Shown here piece by piece: positions 9,068-19,279 of a stretch of 64,000 nt of DNA (position 1 is its first letter; the number at the start of each line of letters is the position of its first letter). The position numbers were made by a program, and so were the translations under genes. The stretch is from Cyanobacteria bacterium auto_48_18 (GTDB taxonomy: Bacteria > Cyanobacteriota > Vampirovibrionia > Obscuribacterales > Obscuribacteraceae). The notes under the pieces were generated by a model. The model was not told where the DNA came from. It worked only from the letters and a program-made list of their open reading frames with translations, and did not search any database. The stretch covers positions 1-64,000 of the forward strand of contig JAVHQC010000034.1 of the NCBI GenBank assembly GCA_036170915.1, read 5' to 3'.

Positions 9068-11881
9068 CTAATTAAATAGCGCCGCATCGCGAGCCGATGC
9101 TACGAAGAAGTTCAAGACTCCTGGCACAGCTAGACCGACGATGATGCAAACTGCACCTCCCACGATAAGACCCGTGCGGCCTAAGTGCATTATTCTAAAT
9201 ACATCTACGCTGCCCCCTTTCAGCAATGCGCCTTTGATTATGCCTACAATTCCTCCTGTCACCATTATCAGTTCGGCAACGTTGGCAATCAAATTCAGCA
9301 GAGCCTCTAAGTTGGCGAGGTTGTTGACCCTAATTGTACCGGCAGTGTTGACACCTCTAACCACAATGGCTTGGGCGCCTTGAGGCACGATAGTTCCATT
9401 GGTCGCATCCGAAAGACTTGGACCACTCGTAACTACTATTGGTGCTTGAGCAGAGTAGAAAGAGATAGAGCTGTTCAGTGAAACGATTCCTGCTCTTGTC
9501 GCGAAACTTATTGATTCAGCTCTGGCATTCTGTGCCACAAGCTCAGAATTGAGACTGCGAGCAAGTAGGGCACTGACCTCTTTCTCAACTGCTTCACTGA
9601 CTGGCACAACATTGGGCAGTGCGCTCAAGCTCATTTTTGAAACCACACTGTATTCTTTTCTTTCAGCTTGCCAGCGGCGGAAGAATCTGCTCAGATCTGC
9701 AAGTTGATTGCCGCTTCTTGTTACTTGAGAGAACGCCGACAACTCACTGTGGTTTCTGAAGAATTTGTCGTCCACAGCTTCAGCTGGGTCGTAGGCAAAC
9801 TCATACAGAGCCGGTTTGAAGGCAAAGGGAGAAATTATATAAATCTCCTTATGAAAAGCCGGTTGCCTTCCATGCAACCACAAGACTACGCCTTCTTTTG
9901 TATGGCCGGCAAATTCTGCTGCTTTTACCAGAGCCTTGAGATTTTCTTGTCCTCCTGTGAATTTAACCTCTTTAAGTTTAGGCAGAGCAGTTTTGAGATT
10001 TTCTGGATTGGTGAATGTTTTGTCTTCATTGCTTGCCACCATCAGTGATACTGGTATACCACCAGGAATATGATTGAGAGATTCTTTTATCTGGTCAAGA
10101 TAATTAGCGGTTTCTACTGAGCCGTCCAGCACAACCACCACTCGCCCAGGGGCTTTGGCAATAGTTTGCACAATCTGTCTGGTCAAGTAGAGACCGTCCG
10201 GGCTGCCAGGTTTTTTCTCAGTCGGCCTCCCAACTTTGTGAAAGTGTTGTTGGAAGATACCTTTGTCTTTGCAAGAAGCAAGATTTGTTACCGGGTGTCG
10301 CTTGCAGAGAAACGCAACTGGCGATTTTTCGATTTGCTCAGTTGTTAGTAAACCAGACAAGAAATTCAGTCCGTCTTCTCTTTGCCCTGTGGTAAAGGCC
10401 GACTGTGTATTTTCAAAAGTATTGTCTGATAGCATTTCTACGTTGTGATCTCCCTCCAGCGAAAAATTGCTGTCTACTATTTGCGGCAACTTAATTTGTG
10501 CACTTTCTAACTGTTCTAATTCCATAGGCAGCACCATAGTCACTTGCATCTTGACCTGGCTATCTGGTGTCAACGCTTTGCTTTGTAGCAGATATTTACC
10601 CCGACCAAGTTCAGTTAGTCTGCCATCAGATCCTCCTCCATTGTTGTAAGCTGAGGTAACGAATTGGGGCGAGAAATTGCCATCAATGGCTTGACCGTCT
10701 TGCCAAACTTTGGCACCAGTGATGGCGGCATTCTCAGGTAGTGATAATTCTGCTCGCGCGGTTTGCGCTTCTTTACCTTCATTTTGAAATACCATTGTCC
10801 AGACTAGTGTGGCCGAGAGATTGTCTGGATGTAGGTTACCGTTGATAGTTGACCGAGTAAGAGACACACCGGGAATTTTTGCTCCGATGGCAAAATTTCT
10901 CAGTTGCTCAGCAGTCATCTCATTGGTCGATTTATAGTAACCGAATGGTTCGATCGGCATTTCGGCCGGGGTGTTAGACCCGTTTTCGATCATGAAGGGT
11001 TTGCCCTCAATCATGAAGTAGAGCCTCTCAGCTTCGGTTGGTTTTACAGGAATGAAAAGACCGGCAAGGCCGGCAGAACGAGAGTCAGCGCAGAGCAATC
11101 GTAATTGCTTTTCGCAATTTGCTTGCCGCAAAATTGAGAGCGCTGGCAGGCTAATTTTAGGATTCGAATTTAGCGCTTGCCTCTCATAATAGTGAGCAAC
11201 CAGTGTTTGCACTTCGGTGCCAATTAAAATTATTGCCGCCGACAGTGCACCAAAACAAAGATATGACAATATTCTTTTTTTTGCTGAATCTAATTCTTTT
11301 GTCTTTCTAATTGTTAGCACCAATTGCAGTGTCACAAGAGAAGACGCTAGATAGAGCGCACTGAGCACCCACATATTGGCTAAAATCAGAGCATCCGCGG
11401 TCAAAGGGAATGCGCCGTTGTTGGTGTTAACCGAAGCTGCCGCCATACAAGCGATGGCGATGGTCACCGCTGTGCCTATTGCTTGGCCAGCTGCTAGACC
11501 TGGCTTTAGGCCAAAAACAAAATTATCTTTGCAAATCGCTCGGTGCAATTTTAAATTTGTAATTGGTATTGATAGGCAAAGAGCAAGTGCCACCAGAGTC
11601 TCTACTGGATGGGCCAACAATAGTAGTACGACTCGCTTGTGGCTGCTTACGGCAAACACCGCTGGAATTAAAATTGGAATCACCACTCCAAAAATCATTA
11701 TTAGAATATTGGTACCGTTGAACCAGAGACCCTGGTCTGGCCGTGGGGGCTCCGGCGCCCAGCGCCCAGCAAATGAATCTAGCGAGTGGTCTTCTCTATC
11801 TATAGTCTGAGTGGTGCTTTTTTTTGTCCGCGCAGAAGCGCTGGCGTCCGAATAATCGGACGCCTCAATATGCTCATCCAT
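9068..11881 (-). CDS. integral membrane protein with VIT (vault/inter-alpha-trypsin) domain, vWA-like region and C-terminal two-TM tail
   Basis: About 5-6 N-terminal TM helices; WTMVFQN...ARAELSLPENAAITGAKVWQDG (VIT); VVVVLDGS. GGAGGG RBS precedes ATG 11881. Confidence 0.75.
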   Translation of the reverse strand: MDEHIEASDYSDASASARTKKSTTQTIDREDHSLDSFAGRWAPEPPRPDQGLWFNGTNILIMIFGVVIPILIPAVFAVSSHKRVVLLLLAHPVETLVALALCLSIPITNLKLHRAICKDNFVFGLKPGLAAGQAIGTAVTIAIACMAAASVNTNNGAFPLTADALILANMWVLSALYLASSLVTLQLVLTIRKTKELDSAKKRILSYLCFGALSAAIILIGTEVQTLVAHYYERQALNSNPKISLPALSILRQANCEKQLRLLCADSRSAGLAGLFIPVKPTEAERLYFMIEGKPFMIENGSNTPAEMPIEPFGYYKSTNEMTAEQLRNFAIGAKIPGVSLTRSTINGNLHPDNLSATLVWTMVFQNEGKEAQTARAELSLPENAAITGAKVWQDGQAIDGNFSPQFVTSAYNNGGGSDGRLTELGRGKYLLQSKALTPDSQVKMQVTMVLPMELEQLESAQIKLPQIVDSNFSLEGDHNVEMLSDNTFENTQSAFTTGQREDGLNFLSGLLTTEQIEKSPVAFLCKRHPVTNLASCKDKGIFQQHFHKVGRPTEKKPGSPDGLYLTRQIVQTIAKAPGRVVVVLDGSVETANYLDQIKESLNHIPGGIPVSLMVASNEDKTFTNPENLKTALPKLKEVKFTGGQENLKALVKAAEFAGHTKEGVVLWLHGRQPAFHKEIYIISPFAFKPALYEFAYDPAEAVDDKFFRNHSELSAFSQVTRSGNQLADLSRFFRRWQAERKEYSVVSKMSLSALPNVVPVSEAVEKEVSALLARSLNSELVAQNARAESISFATRAGIVSLNSSISFYSAQAPIVVTSGPSLSDATNGTIVPQGAQAIVVRGVNTAGTIRVNNLANLEALLNLIANVAELIMVTGGIVGIIKGALLKGGSVDVFRIMHLGRTGLIVGGAVCIIVGLAVPGVLNFFVASARDAALFN

Positions 11882-12196
11882 TGTTGAGCCCTCCATGAGT
11901 AGTGCAAACATGCTTCGCGCTGTCAAAACGACAGGCAAAACAATTACTTCTCTCAGTGAGAGAAGTGCGGTTGCATTGGTGTAGTAGTAAGAAACTCCAG
12001 GCACCGGTGAATTTTTACATCACAGGCGGCTCGAAAAAGCCGAGCGCCCCCAATGTACTCCTGAAGCCAGCGGGCTGTCAAGTGGGGTTTTGGATAGCCT
12101 TCGGCTTTCCTCAAGTCACATTTCTTCGAAGTCAGAGCCGCAAGACTTTGCTATTGTTGTACGAACAATCATCTTACGAAGTCTCGAGGACCTCCA

Positions 12197-12652
12197 TTGA
12201 AGCGCTTAATCTGCACAGTACTCTTAACCCTTTTAGTAACCGGCTGCTCCGGCGGCACCGAAAAGTCGCTGGCCGTCAAAGGCGACCCGCTCGAGTGGTG
12301 CGCTGAGCATGATCATTTGCCGATCTATCCTGCCGCCAAGGGCGACAAGATTGAAAAGGAGCCTGAGACTTGCACCGTTGTTGCTCCTGATGAGTTAGCC
12401 ACAGTCGCGCCATGGTATGAGAAAACGTTAGGTAACGACGGCTGGCAGGTCTTCAAAGAGCGTGATACCAAGCAGCCACCAGATGCTCCTGCGCAGTTGT
12501 ACTTGCTAGAAAAAGGCACAGTGCAAGTGACCATGATGCTATTGCAATCGCCTGCGGATAGATCAACCAAGGTTGTATTCAGCCCACAGACCACACCAAT
12601 GGCGCACGGCAATTTTGATGCCGTCGTTGCGAAGGCCGACACGGCGAAATAG
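12197..12652 (+). CDS. lipoprotein
   Basis: GAGGA RBS, TTG start, MKR + hydrophobic stretch + VTGC lipobox. Confidence 0.8.
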   Translation: MKRLICTVLLTLLVTGCSGGTEKSLAVKGDPLEWCAEHDHLPIYPAAKGDKIEKEPETCTVVAPDELATVAPWYEKTLGNDGWQVFKERDTKQPPDAPAQLYLLEKGTVQVTMMLLQSPADRSTKVVFSPQTTPMAHGNFDAVVAKADTAK

Positions 12653-13102
12653 TTGACACAGTCATTCGAACAGCTGGCGGCAGAAATAGAAGATGCGCTT
12701 GGTGGTATCACCGCCAGGCATATCTTGGACAACTCTGGACGTGGAAGCGGCATCGATTATAAGTATCCCGAAGAGGTGGCTTCAGAGCTTCTTTCTAATG
12801 TTATTGATCTGTATATCGAACAACTTACAGAGCTTTGTCGCGAGAAAAATGATAGTGAAGCACTAGTTGTTTGCCAGGCAATTATTCTTGCCCTCTACAA
12901 TTTTCACAACAGTGAAGAATTTGTAGAAGTAGAAGAATATGCCGCAGAGTTTCCTGAAGAAGCTGCCCAGGCTGTTTTGCGCATATGGCAATTAGATGGC
13001 GATGGTGAAAAAGCTGCTGTGAGTCCACAACTTTCTACACGGAAAATATCTGCTGACTTTGTGGCCAAATATGTGCCTAAGTGGGAGTGGCTACTCTTCT
13101 GA
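12653..13102 (+). CDS. acidic hypothetical protein
   Basis: 149-aa ORF starting immediately after the lipoprotein stop; helical, acidic composition. Confidence 0.65.
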   Translation: MTQSFEQLAAEIEDALGGITARHILDNSGRGSGIDYKYPEEVASELLSNVIDLYIEQLTELCREKNDSEALVVCQAIILALYNFHNSEEFVEVEEYAAEFPEEAAQAVLRIWQLDGDGEKAAVSPQLSTRKISADFVAKYVPKWEWLLF

Positions 13103-14170
13103 CCATTCTTCTGGCATCTGTCGATTTTCAATCTCTGAACGCCAGCGTGCAAGGCGCCCTCGATTGTTCTTCCAGAATTCTGCGCAGCCATCCAAGTAAT
13201 CGATAACAGCCGATCTCTCGCCCGCTTCTAATAACGTTTTTGCCAGATCAAACTTGGGGCCAAATGATTTAAGCACCGGAGACGGTGCCACTTCACAAGA
13301 TGATTTTAAATGCCTCTTGGCCTGCTCTATGTCACCTCTGATCAATGCAATTTGTCCAAGAAAAGTGTGTGCTCGGTGCGTGCCATCGCTGCTGATGGTT
13401 GGTGCGATTGGGTTTTCCTTACTTGCATCTTCAAGCAGTCTATGAGAATAATTGGCGGCCTTCTCGAATTCGCCAGCTTGAAAAGCAAGCTCAGGTAGGT
13501 CTAAGAGCATGAATATTATCTCTAACGGATCGCGTGAAAGCGCTAGAGCCCGTTCTTGTTCTTGTAGTGCTCTTCTTTTGCTTTCACTATAGTCTAAGTG
13601 TTCAAGGCCTAAGTCATATACTTGAGCAAGCCGTTTAGCTAAATCGCGATTGTACGGCTCAAGTGTTTTGCCTTTTTGCAAACACGACTCTGCAAGCTCG
13701 CGATCAAAGATCAAGAAGTACTGGGCGGCGTTAGTCAATATCTCAATATTTTCTTGTTGGTTGCGGCAGTGGTCCAACCAGAGCTTCTTTCCCTTTTCAT
13801 ATGAGGCATCATCATCGTCTGGGGTAAGACGAGTTAGCTTGTTCAACGGGGAAAGAGGCTTATGCTCGATAATCCAAAGAGAGTGTGCTTGAAATTTTTT
13901 TCTGTCAGCCGTGCCTGCAAATGGGCGCCCGTAGTATCCGAGCAGTAACCCTCGTGCATTTAGGTTCTCTTGATTGGTCGCCAATATGACTTCTTGCCTT
14001 TCTGCGTCGGTCGGGGTAAAGCGCAACCCGGCTAGAAGAAGCTCAGTGGGAAGCGACTGAATCTCCTTTCGAATCCGAACTTTTAATATCTTGACCATTA
14101 AGCGATCGATGGCAACTATAAGAGCCACTGTACCGATACCGACGCCTAACATCTTTATCCAAAGTTTCAC
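13091..14170 (-). CDS. membrane-anchored TPR-like protein
   Basis: N-terminal TM; TPR-like helices (AFQAGEFEKAANY, LGQIALIRGDIEQAKRHL); SPVLKSFGP motif. Confidence 0.75.
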   Translation of the reverse strand: MKLWIKMLGVGIGTVALIVAIDRLMVKILKVRIRKEIQSLPTELLLAGLRFTPTDAERQEVILATNQENLNARGLLLGYYGRPFAGTADRKKFQAHSLWIIEHKPLSPLNKLTRLTPDDDDASYEKGKKLWLDHCRNQQENIEILTNAAQYFLIFDRELAESCLQKGKTLEPYNRDLAKRLAQVYDLGLEHLDYSESKRRALQEQERALALSRDPLEIIFMLLDLPELAFQAGEFEKAANYSHRLLEDASKENPIAPTISSDGTHRAHTFLGQIALIRGDIEQAKRHLKSSCEVAPSPVLKSFGPKFDLAKTLLEAGERSAVIDYLDGCAEFWKNNRGRLARWRSEIENRQMPEEWSEE

Positions 14171-14413
14171 AGTGCAGCTCCTAATAACTTGCTTCCCATT
14201 CTTTGGAGGAACCCCGCCAAACAGCGATTACAGGTGGTGTTCATTTTCGTACCGTTCATTAAGCACAATTTCTATAAGTCTAGCTGCCTCCGAGTCGTCA
14301 CGCCGATTGGCTGCCTCGCTTAAAAGCAAAAAGTCGCTGTTGTTACGTAGACGTAGTACCCAAAATCTACATTTTGTTCTCGATGATATGGGCGGACTGT
14401 CATCCTTCGCTAC

Positions 14414-15550
14414 TCAGAAAAAATATTCCTTCCTTCTATATCCAATTGTTGTTGAGTTTGCGCTTGATACACAGATGTCTTTATCAAAGGTTAAATTCAT
14501 TGCCGCATGTCTCGCAAAGTTGTAGACGTAAACTGTTCGTCCCTCAGTGTTCTTGCTGATTGTAGACGGCTCGCCAATGGCGTTAACGATGAATGCGGCG
14601 CTGCGTCCGACTGGGTGTAAATCGGGGTTGTAAAAAGGGGCGATTTCATCAGGGATACGATAAAATTTCAACTGAGAAAGCTGGCTAATATTCCACCTAT
14701 AAAAGTTGCTACATTGTTCACCAGATAAAAACATAGAATCAACACACTTTCCGTTTTCGATAATTAGCCTTACTGGTGTACACGAGTAGCCAAGAAAGTA
14801 AATCCAACTAGTTGAGCCGTCACTGCTGTCACCCCAAATTTTGCCCAGACGAGTTTTACTGGTTGGGTTACCGGCTCGAGAGAGAATATTGTCAGTCGTC
14901 TCACCAATCATCTGCTTTTGAAACAAAAGTGCGGCTGCTATTTCGGCTTTTTGAAAAAGTGCGCGCTCAGAATTGTGATGGCTGGTGTAAGAAAAATCAG
15001 AATTTAACTGACGCATCTGCCAGTCACTCAAAACACTAGATTCGAAAGATTCTTCTGCGGCAATATTTAAAACTGGGTGCCTGAGCCTGCCGCAGTTTTC
15101 GGCACCGATAAATTTTGCGTCAATGTTTCTGTCTGTGTCATCAGAGATAAAGGCCGAGGTATATTTGCCATTCAAATAGAAAGCCTTAATTGGAATCTGA
15201 TTGAAGCCAAAATTGTATGTCTCGCAAATTCTTCCTTCGTGCCACAGATCAAAGTGTTGACCTGCGACGAGAGCGTGACAAAAGGCGTTTGCCGCATCGG
15301 TTTCAGCTTTCTCATGCTTTAAATAGTTTGCATCAAGAGTAGCTGCCCGCATCTTTTTAACCATATCCAGATTCAACGCTTGTTGAAACGGTTCTCCTTG
15401 CTTTGTGCCCAAAATGGGATGGATACTAAAATCGCGTTTGTTTACACTCGATGCAAAGGCAGGCGCACTTAGAGGCAAGTTTTCGGTATAGATGGCGCAG
15501 CCGATAAGCAGTGCAGTAGCAATGAGAACAAAACGTCCGTTGTAGATAAT
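14414..15550 (-). CDS. exported protein/lipoprotein with SmpA/BamE-like repeats; probable non-canonical ATT/ATC start
   Basis: IGETTDNILSRAGNP and VGRSAAFIVNAIGEP repeats. The frame stays open 24 codons above 15478, encoding a signal peptide downstream of AAGGGGG. Confidence 0.6.
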   Translation of the reverse strand: MIYNGRFVLIATALLIGCAIYTENLPLSAPAFASSVNKRDFSIHPILGTKQGEPFQQALNLDMVKKMRAATLDANYLKHEKAETDAANAFCHALVAGQHFDLWHEGRICETYNFGFNQIPIKAFYLNGKYTSAFISDDTDRNIDAKFIGAENCGRLRHPVLNIAAEESFESSVLSDWQMRQLNSDFSYTSHHNSERALFQKAEIAAALLFQKQMIGETTDNILSRAGNPTSKTRLGKIWGDSSDGSTSWIYFLGYSCTPVRLIIENGKCVDSMFLSGEQCSNFYRWNISQLSQLKFYRIPDEIAPFYNPDLHPVGRSAAFIVNAIGEPSTISKNTEGRTVYVYNFARHAAMNLTFDKDICVSSANSTTIGYRRKEYFF

Positions 15551-15645
15551 CGCCCCCTTGCTCTAAATCCTGACAGCTAAAGCTTAGTTGAGTATACTTC
15601 ATGTTCTAATTGGCCAATCGCTGGCAAGCACCTCAGGTCAAAAGC

Positions 15646-18600
15646 ATGAATATCAAAAAGGTTTTTAGCACAGCTTTGGCCGTGTCTGTTGGTCTCAACG
15701 GCTTCAGTAGCCAGGTGGTTGGCGCAAGTAGCACTTCTGCTCGGAAGCCGGTCATTGCTGTCCGCAGGCCGGCTTTGAAAGATGTCAGAGGCTGTGCGCC
15801 TGTGAAAATTACTGTTAATGATAATTTTGGCTATTCTGTTGATTTTGTTGCTAGGCTCGATGGCGGCGAAGAGCCATGTCTATTATCTATTGACGGTAAG
15901 CTTCTGCGCACCGCTTCCTGGCCGGAAATCAAGTTACTATTGGCCGGCCCTGTTGGTTCTAAAGTCAATATCGAAGTGCTAACCAAATATGGTGAGGTCA
16001 AAAAAATCGATTTAGACCGAGTGCCGAATGTCACCCAGGATGAGCGACACATTTCACCGGTTTGGTTTTTTGAAAAACTAGATGATATCGACCTGCGCCG
16101 TTTTGCTAATTGGGATAGCGGAGACGCCGACAAAGACTTAGATATTTTTGCAAAAGCGAGTTGTGGCATGGCAGTTTCGCGAGCTCAAAGTATTCCTGTT
16201 CTATTAGAACCGTCAAACTTGCTCGAACGAACGGCACTTTCGGCAATGTTAGACATGCAAAAAGTTGGTGATTTAGAAGCCGCCGATAGATATCTAGAGA
16301 TCGGTTTGCAAGAATTGGCGAAGCAGGAGAATGGTCGTTGGCTTGATGCTGAGACCCTTGAAATTATTCTGGCAAATCTTGCTGCAACAGGCCGTTCTAC
16401 TGATGCTCTACAAATTGGCCTGGCACAACTGCGCGACAAGAAGAGAGACGGGATGGAAGCTGCCATCTCGACGTGGGCCAACTATTATTTGCTTCAGTCG
16501 CTACGCAGTCTTGTGAAGTTTCCAGCCGGCCGGACTAATGTTGAAGTTCAGGAACTGGCGCAATACATGCGTCGAAAATATACAAACAGAGCCAGCCATC
16601 TTCGCTGGTTGGGCAGATATTTTGAGAAAATCGGCCAGCCTTCAGAGGCACTGCTAGTTTATCAATCCCAAATTGACGGATGGAGAAAGGCGAATAGTTC
16701 TGTTACGGCTAAAAAAGTTGCATGTGATGATCTGCAAGCGCTCGCAGCCGCGCTCTATGATAAAGCAAGACTCACGGCTCAAAAGAATAATTTTGCTGAC
16801 GCTCAGCAGTGCCTGGCGTCAATCTCATCACTGTACAACTCAAGATACGATTTGCAGCAACTGCGTAGACTCGATCAACTTCCGCTGTATTTCCCCACGC
16901 CAGCTCAAGTTGATAAGGCAAAGATTGATTTAAAGATTCGCAAGCAAATTTGCGATGTTGAGGAAGGGAATTTGGTCGAGATAAATTGTGACCAGGATTT
17001 CAAGACACTTACCCAATGTACGAATGCTATAAAGAATTTGAAACGTTCGGAAGCGCAACAGGCAAGCCGTGTCTTGTTAAAACTATATTTGGACCAACCA
17101 CAAGCGGTGGCAGCGTTCCAGGGATATCAGTTTCCTTCCCATGGTAAGCACAGGCCACGATCGCGGCTTAATTTGTATCTTGCCAATTTAACTATTGCAA
17201 GAAAATTCGCAGATCAAAAATGGTTTGATTTATCGAATAATATTCTTTCTAAATTGCATCAATCGCTAGATGAGAAGTCTCTCGATAAAGAGTCAATTAA
17301 AGTACAAAGCACCTTACTTGCTGCTGAGATGGCATTTAACAAAGTAAAGGCGGGGCAAGTCAACTCGTTGCCACCAGACTTCCGTAGCCCGTTTGAATTG
17401 CGATTACTGGCTTTGACTTATCACTATGCAGGCGACAGTGAACGGGCCAGGACATTTATAGAACAAGCTTTGACAGAATCTGGGAAGCGAGACACGCTTG
17501 GTTCTAGACTTCTAAAGATAGATGCCGCTTGTATCTATGCATCTATTGCTGATTTTGATAAAGCGCAGGCTTTTTATCTTAAGAGTCAGATGAGTGGCAC
17601 TGCATTCAGTGACGCTTATGTTGCTACGGTGGTTGAGCTCGCAACCATTTATAGAAGAGCTGGAAAGAGTGCTCAGGCAATTTCCATGATGCAGGATCTC
17701 CATAACACTTTAGCGAAAGTTCGAAACAGCAATGTCAAAGTTTCACTTGAGAATTCCCAGCTGTTTCTTGCTGAAATGTATCTGGAAAGGAAACAGTGGG
17801 CGGACGCACTCGCTGCCGCAAATGCTGCAAATAAAGAAAGTAGGTCTTCTTTAAGTGAGGCGCACATTATTGCTGCGCTCGCTGCTGAGCAATTGCACGA
17901 CTATGCCACTGTCGCCTTTAATTATTTTGATGCCCCGGCTTATGTTTCAGAACCAGGCTTGCCGCCTTTTGAACCAAATCAGAGAGGCTTATTCGATAAG
18001 CTTGCACTTGAAGCTGTAACGAAGCCAATAGCTATGCATGAAGAAGAAATGCTCGAGGTGTGTCTGAAGCGCTCAGCCGAATACAGAATTGAAGCGAGTA
18101 AAGCGCTGATTCTAAGTAAGCGCGCACTTACGTTGATCAAAGATAACGACTCTCGAAAACCAGATCTTCTAATTAAGATTGCTGACCTGGAGGCACAAAC
18201 GGTTCCCAGGTCGACTGGTCAAACTGCAAATACCATTAAGGCAAATCTTGATGCGGCCATGCTTGCACAGACCAACAAACTAACAAACGCGAGTCACTAC
18301 TGGCTTAAATTGGCGTGTCTTGAAGCACAGGACAACCGAGTTGATTCTGCTGTTGAACACGCCCGGCATGCATTTACTCTTTTTAGCACTACTGACCCCG
18401 CAGCTGCACATCTCCAATCGTTGTTACCGGCTTATGGACTACCCTATCTATTGACAAAAAATGGTGCCAGAGATAAAGCTTCAATGCTGATGGAAGAAGC
18501 CGTTGAGCGTGTCATGGCAGTAATGGGAGCTGGAAGCACGGCTCACCTCTCCCAGATGGCCTGTCAGATGCAGTACCATAGTCAACAAGCTGACTATGAC

Positions 18601-19161
18601 AAAGTCAAGAAAATTCTATCGTCGATTTTAGAATATGATTTTGCTACTAACTCTGGGCACCCAACTGATGACAAACCAGGCTGGGGTGACGACAATCTCG
18701 TTCTCGAAAATAATGAGCAGGTCTTGGGGTTTTTAAGGCTGATTGCAGTTGAAACAGTGAAAGGCAACAACTGTAGCTTAGCCCAAGATATGCTCAGTCA
18801 AATTTTGACGAAACAAAAATCTCAACTTGGTGAAAATGACAAAAAACTAGCTACTACCTTACGAGCCATCGCTCACGCTTATTATTTGGCTGAAGATTAT
18901 CCGGCCGCTTACATTGCATATAACAATCTGGCTGAACACCTGCGGAAAAGCGAGACAGGTAGAAAAGCCTCACTTGCCTACAACTTTGAATTCGAGGATG
19001 TCCTACAGCGTTTGGGCAAGCTATCTGAGATTGATACCATTCAAACTGAACGCGCCAATGACAATAAACAGACTAATGAAAGTTTCAAGCAGTCTGACCG
19101 TTTGCGTGAAGCTAGCAAAAAATTGCAGCTGGACGCGAAAATACGAGCGGTGAAGTGGTAA
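15646..19161 (+). CDS. large exported protein with PDZ-like N-terminal domain and TPR-like repeats
   Basis: Signal peptide MNIKKVFSTALAVSVG; LLSIDGK...LLAGPVGSKVNIEV (PDZ-like); helical repeats to the C-terminus. Confidence 0.75.
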   Translation: MNIKKVFSTALAVSVGLNGFSSQVVGASSTSARKPVIAVRRPALKDVRGCAPVKITVNDNFGYSVDFVARLDGGEEPCLLSIDGKLLRTASWPEIKLLLAGPVGSKVNIEVLTKYGEVKKIDLDRVPNVTQDERHISPVWFFEKLDDIDLRRFANWDSGDADKDLDIFAKASCGMAVSRAQSIPVLLEPSNLLERTALSAMLDMQKVGDLEAADRYLEIGLQELAKQENGRWLDAETLEIILANLAATGRSTDALQIGLAQLRDKKRDGMEAAISTWANYYLLQSLRSLVKFPAGRTNVEVQELAQYMRRKYTNRASHLRWLGRYFEKIGQPSEALLVYQSQIDGWRKANSSVTAKKVACDDLQALAAALYDKARLTAQKNNFADAQQCLASISSLYNSRYDLQQLRRLDQLPLYFPTPAQVDKAKIDLKIRKQICDVEEGNLVEINCDQDFKTLTQCTNAIKNLKRSEAQQASRVLLKLYLDQPQAVAAFQGYQFPSHGKHRPRSRLNLYLANLTIARKFADQKWFDLSNNILSKLHQSLDEKSLDKESIKVQSTLLAAEMAFNKVKAGQVNSLPPDFRSPFELRLLALTYHYAGDSERARTFIEQALTESGKRDTLGSRLLKIDAACIYASIADFDKAQAFYLKSQMSGTAFSDAYVATVVELATIYRRAGKSAQAISMMQDLHNTLAKVRNSNVKVSLENSQLFLAEMYLERKQWADALAAANAANKESRSSLSEAHIIAALAAEQLHDYATVAFNYFDAPAYVSEPGLPPFEPNQRGLFDKLALEAVTKPIAMHEEEMLEVCLKRSAEYRIEASKALILSKRALTLIKDNDSRKPDLLIKIADLEAQTVPRSTGQTANTIKANLDAAMLAQTNKLTNASHYWLKLACLEAQDNRVDSAVEHARHAFTLFSTTDPAAAHLQSLLPAYGLPYLLTKNGARDKASMLMEEAVERVMAVMGAGSTAHLSQMACQMQYHSQQADYDKVKKILSSILEYDFATNSGHPTDDKPGWGDDNLVLENNEQVLGFLRLIAVETVKGNNCSLAQDMLSQILTKQKSQLGENDKKLATTLRAIAHAYYLAEDYPAAYIAYNNLAEHLRKSETGRKASLAYNFEFEDVLQRLGKLSEIDTIQTERANDNKQTNESFKQSDRLREASKKLQLDAKIRAVKW

Positions 19162-19279
19162 CTGCTTTTGAACAGTGTTCTAGCACCAGATGTAATCGCA
19201 ATTCCCACAAAGTTCGCTCATGTTTTCACGTCGCAAATACTACATCTAGATTTAATCGTAGGAGCTTTCATTATCGCCC

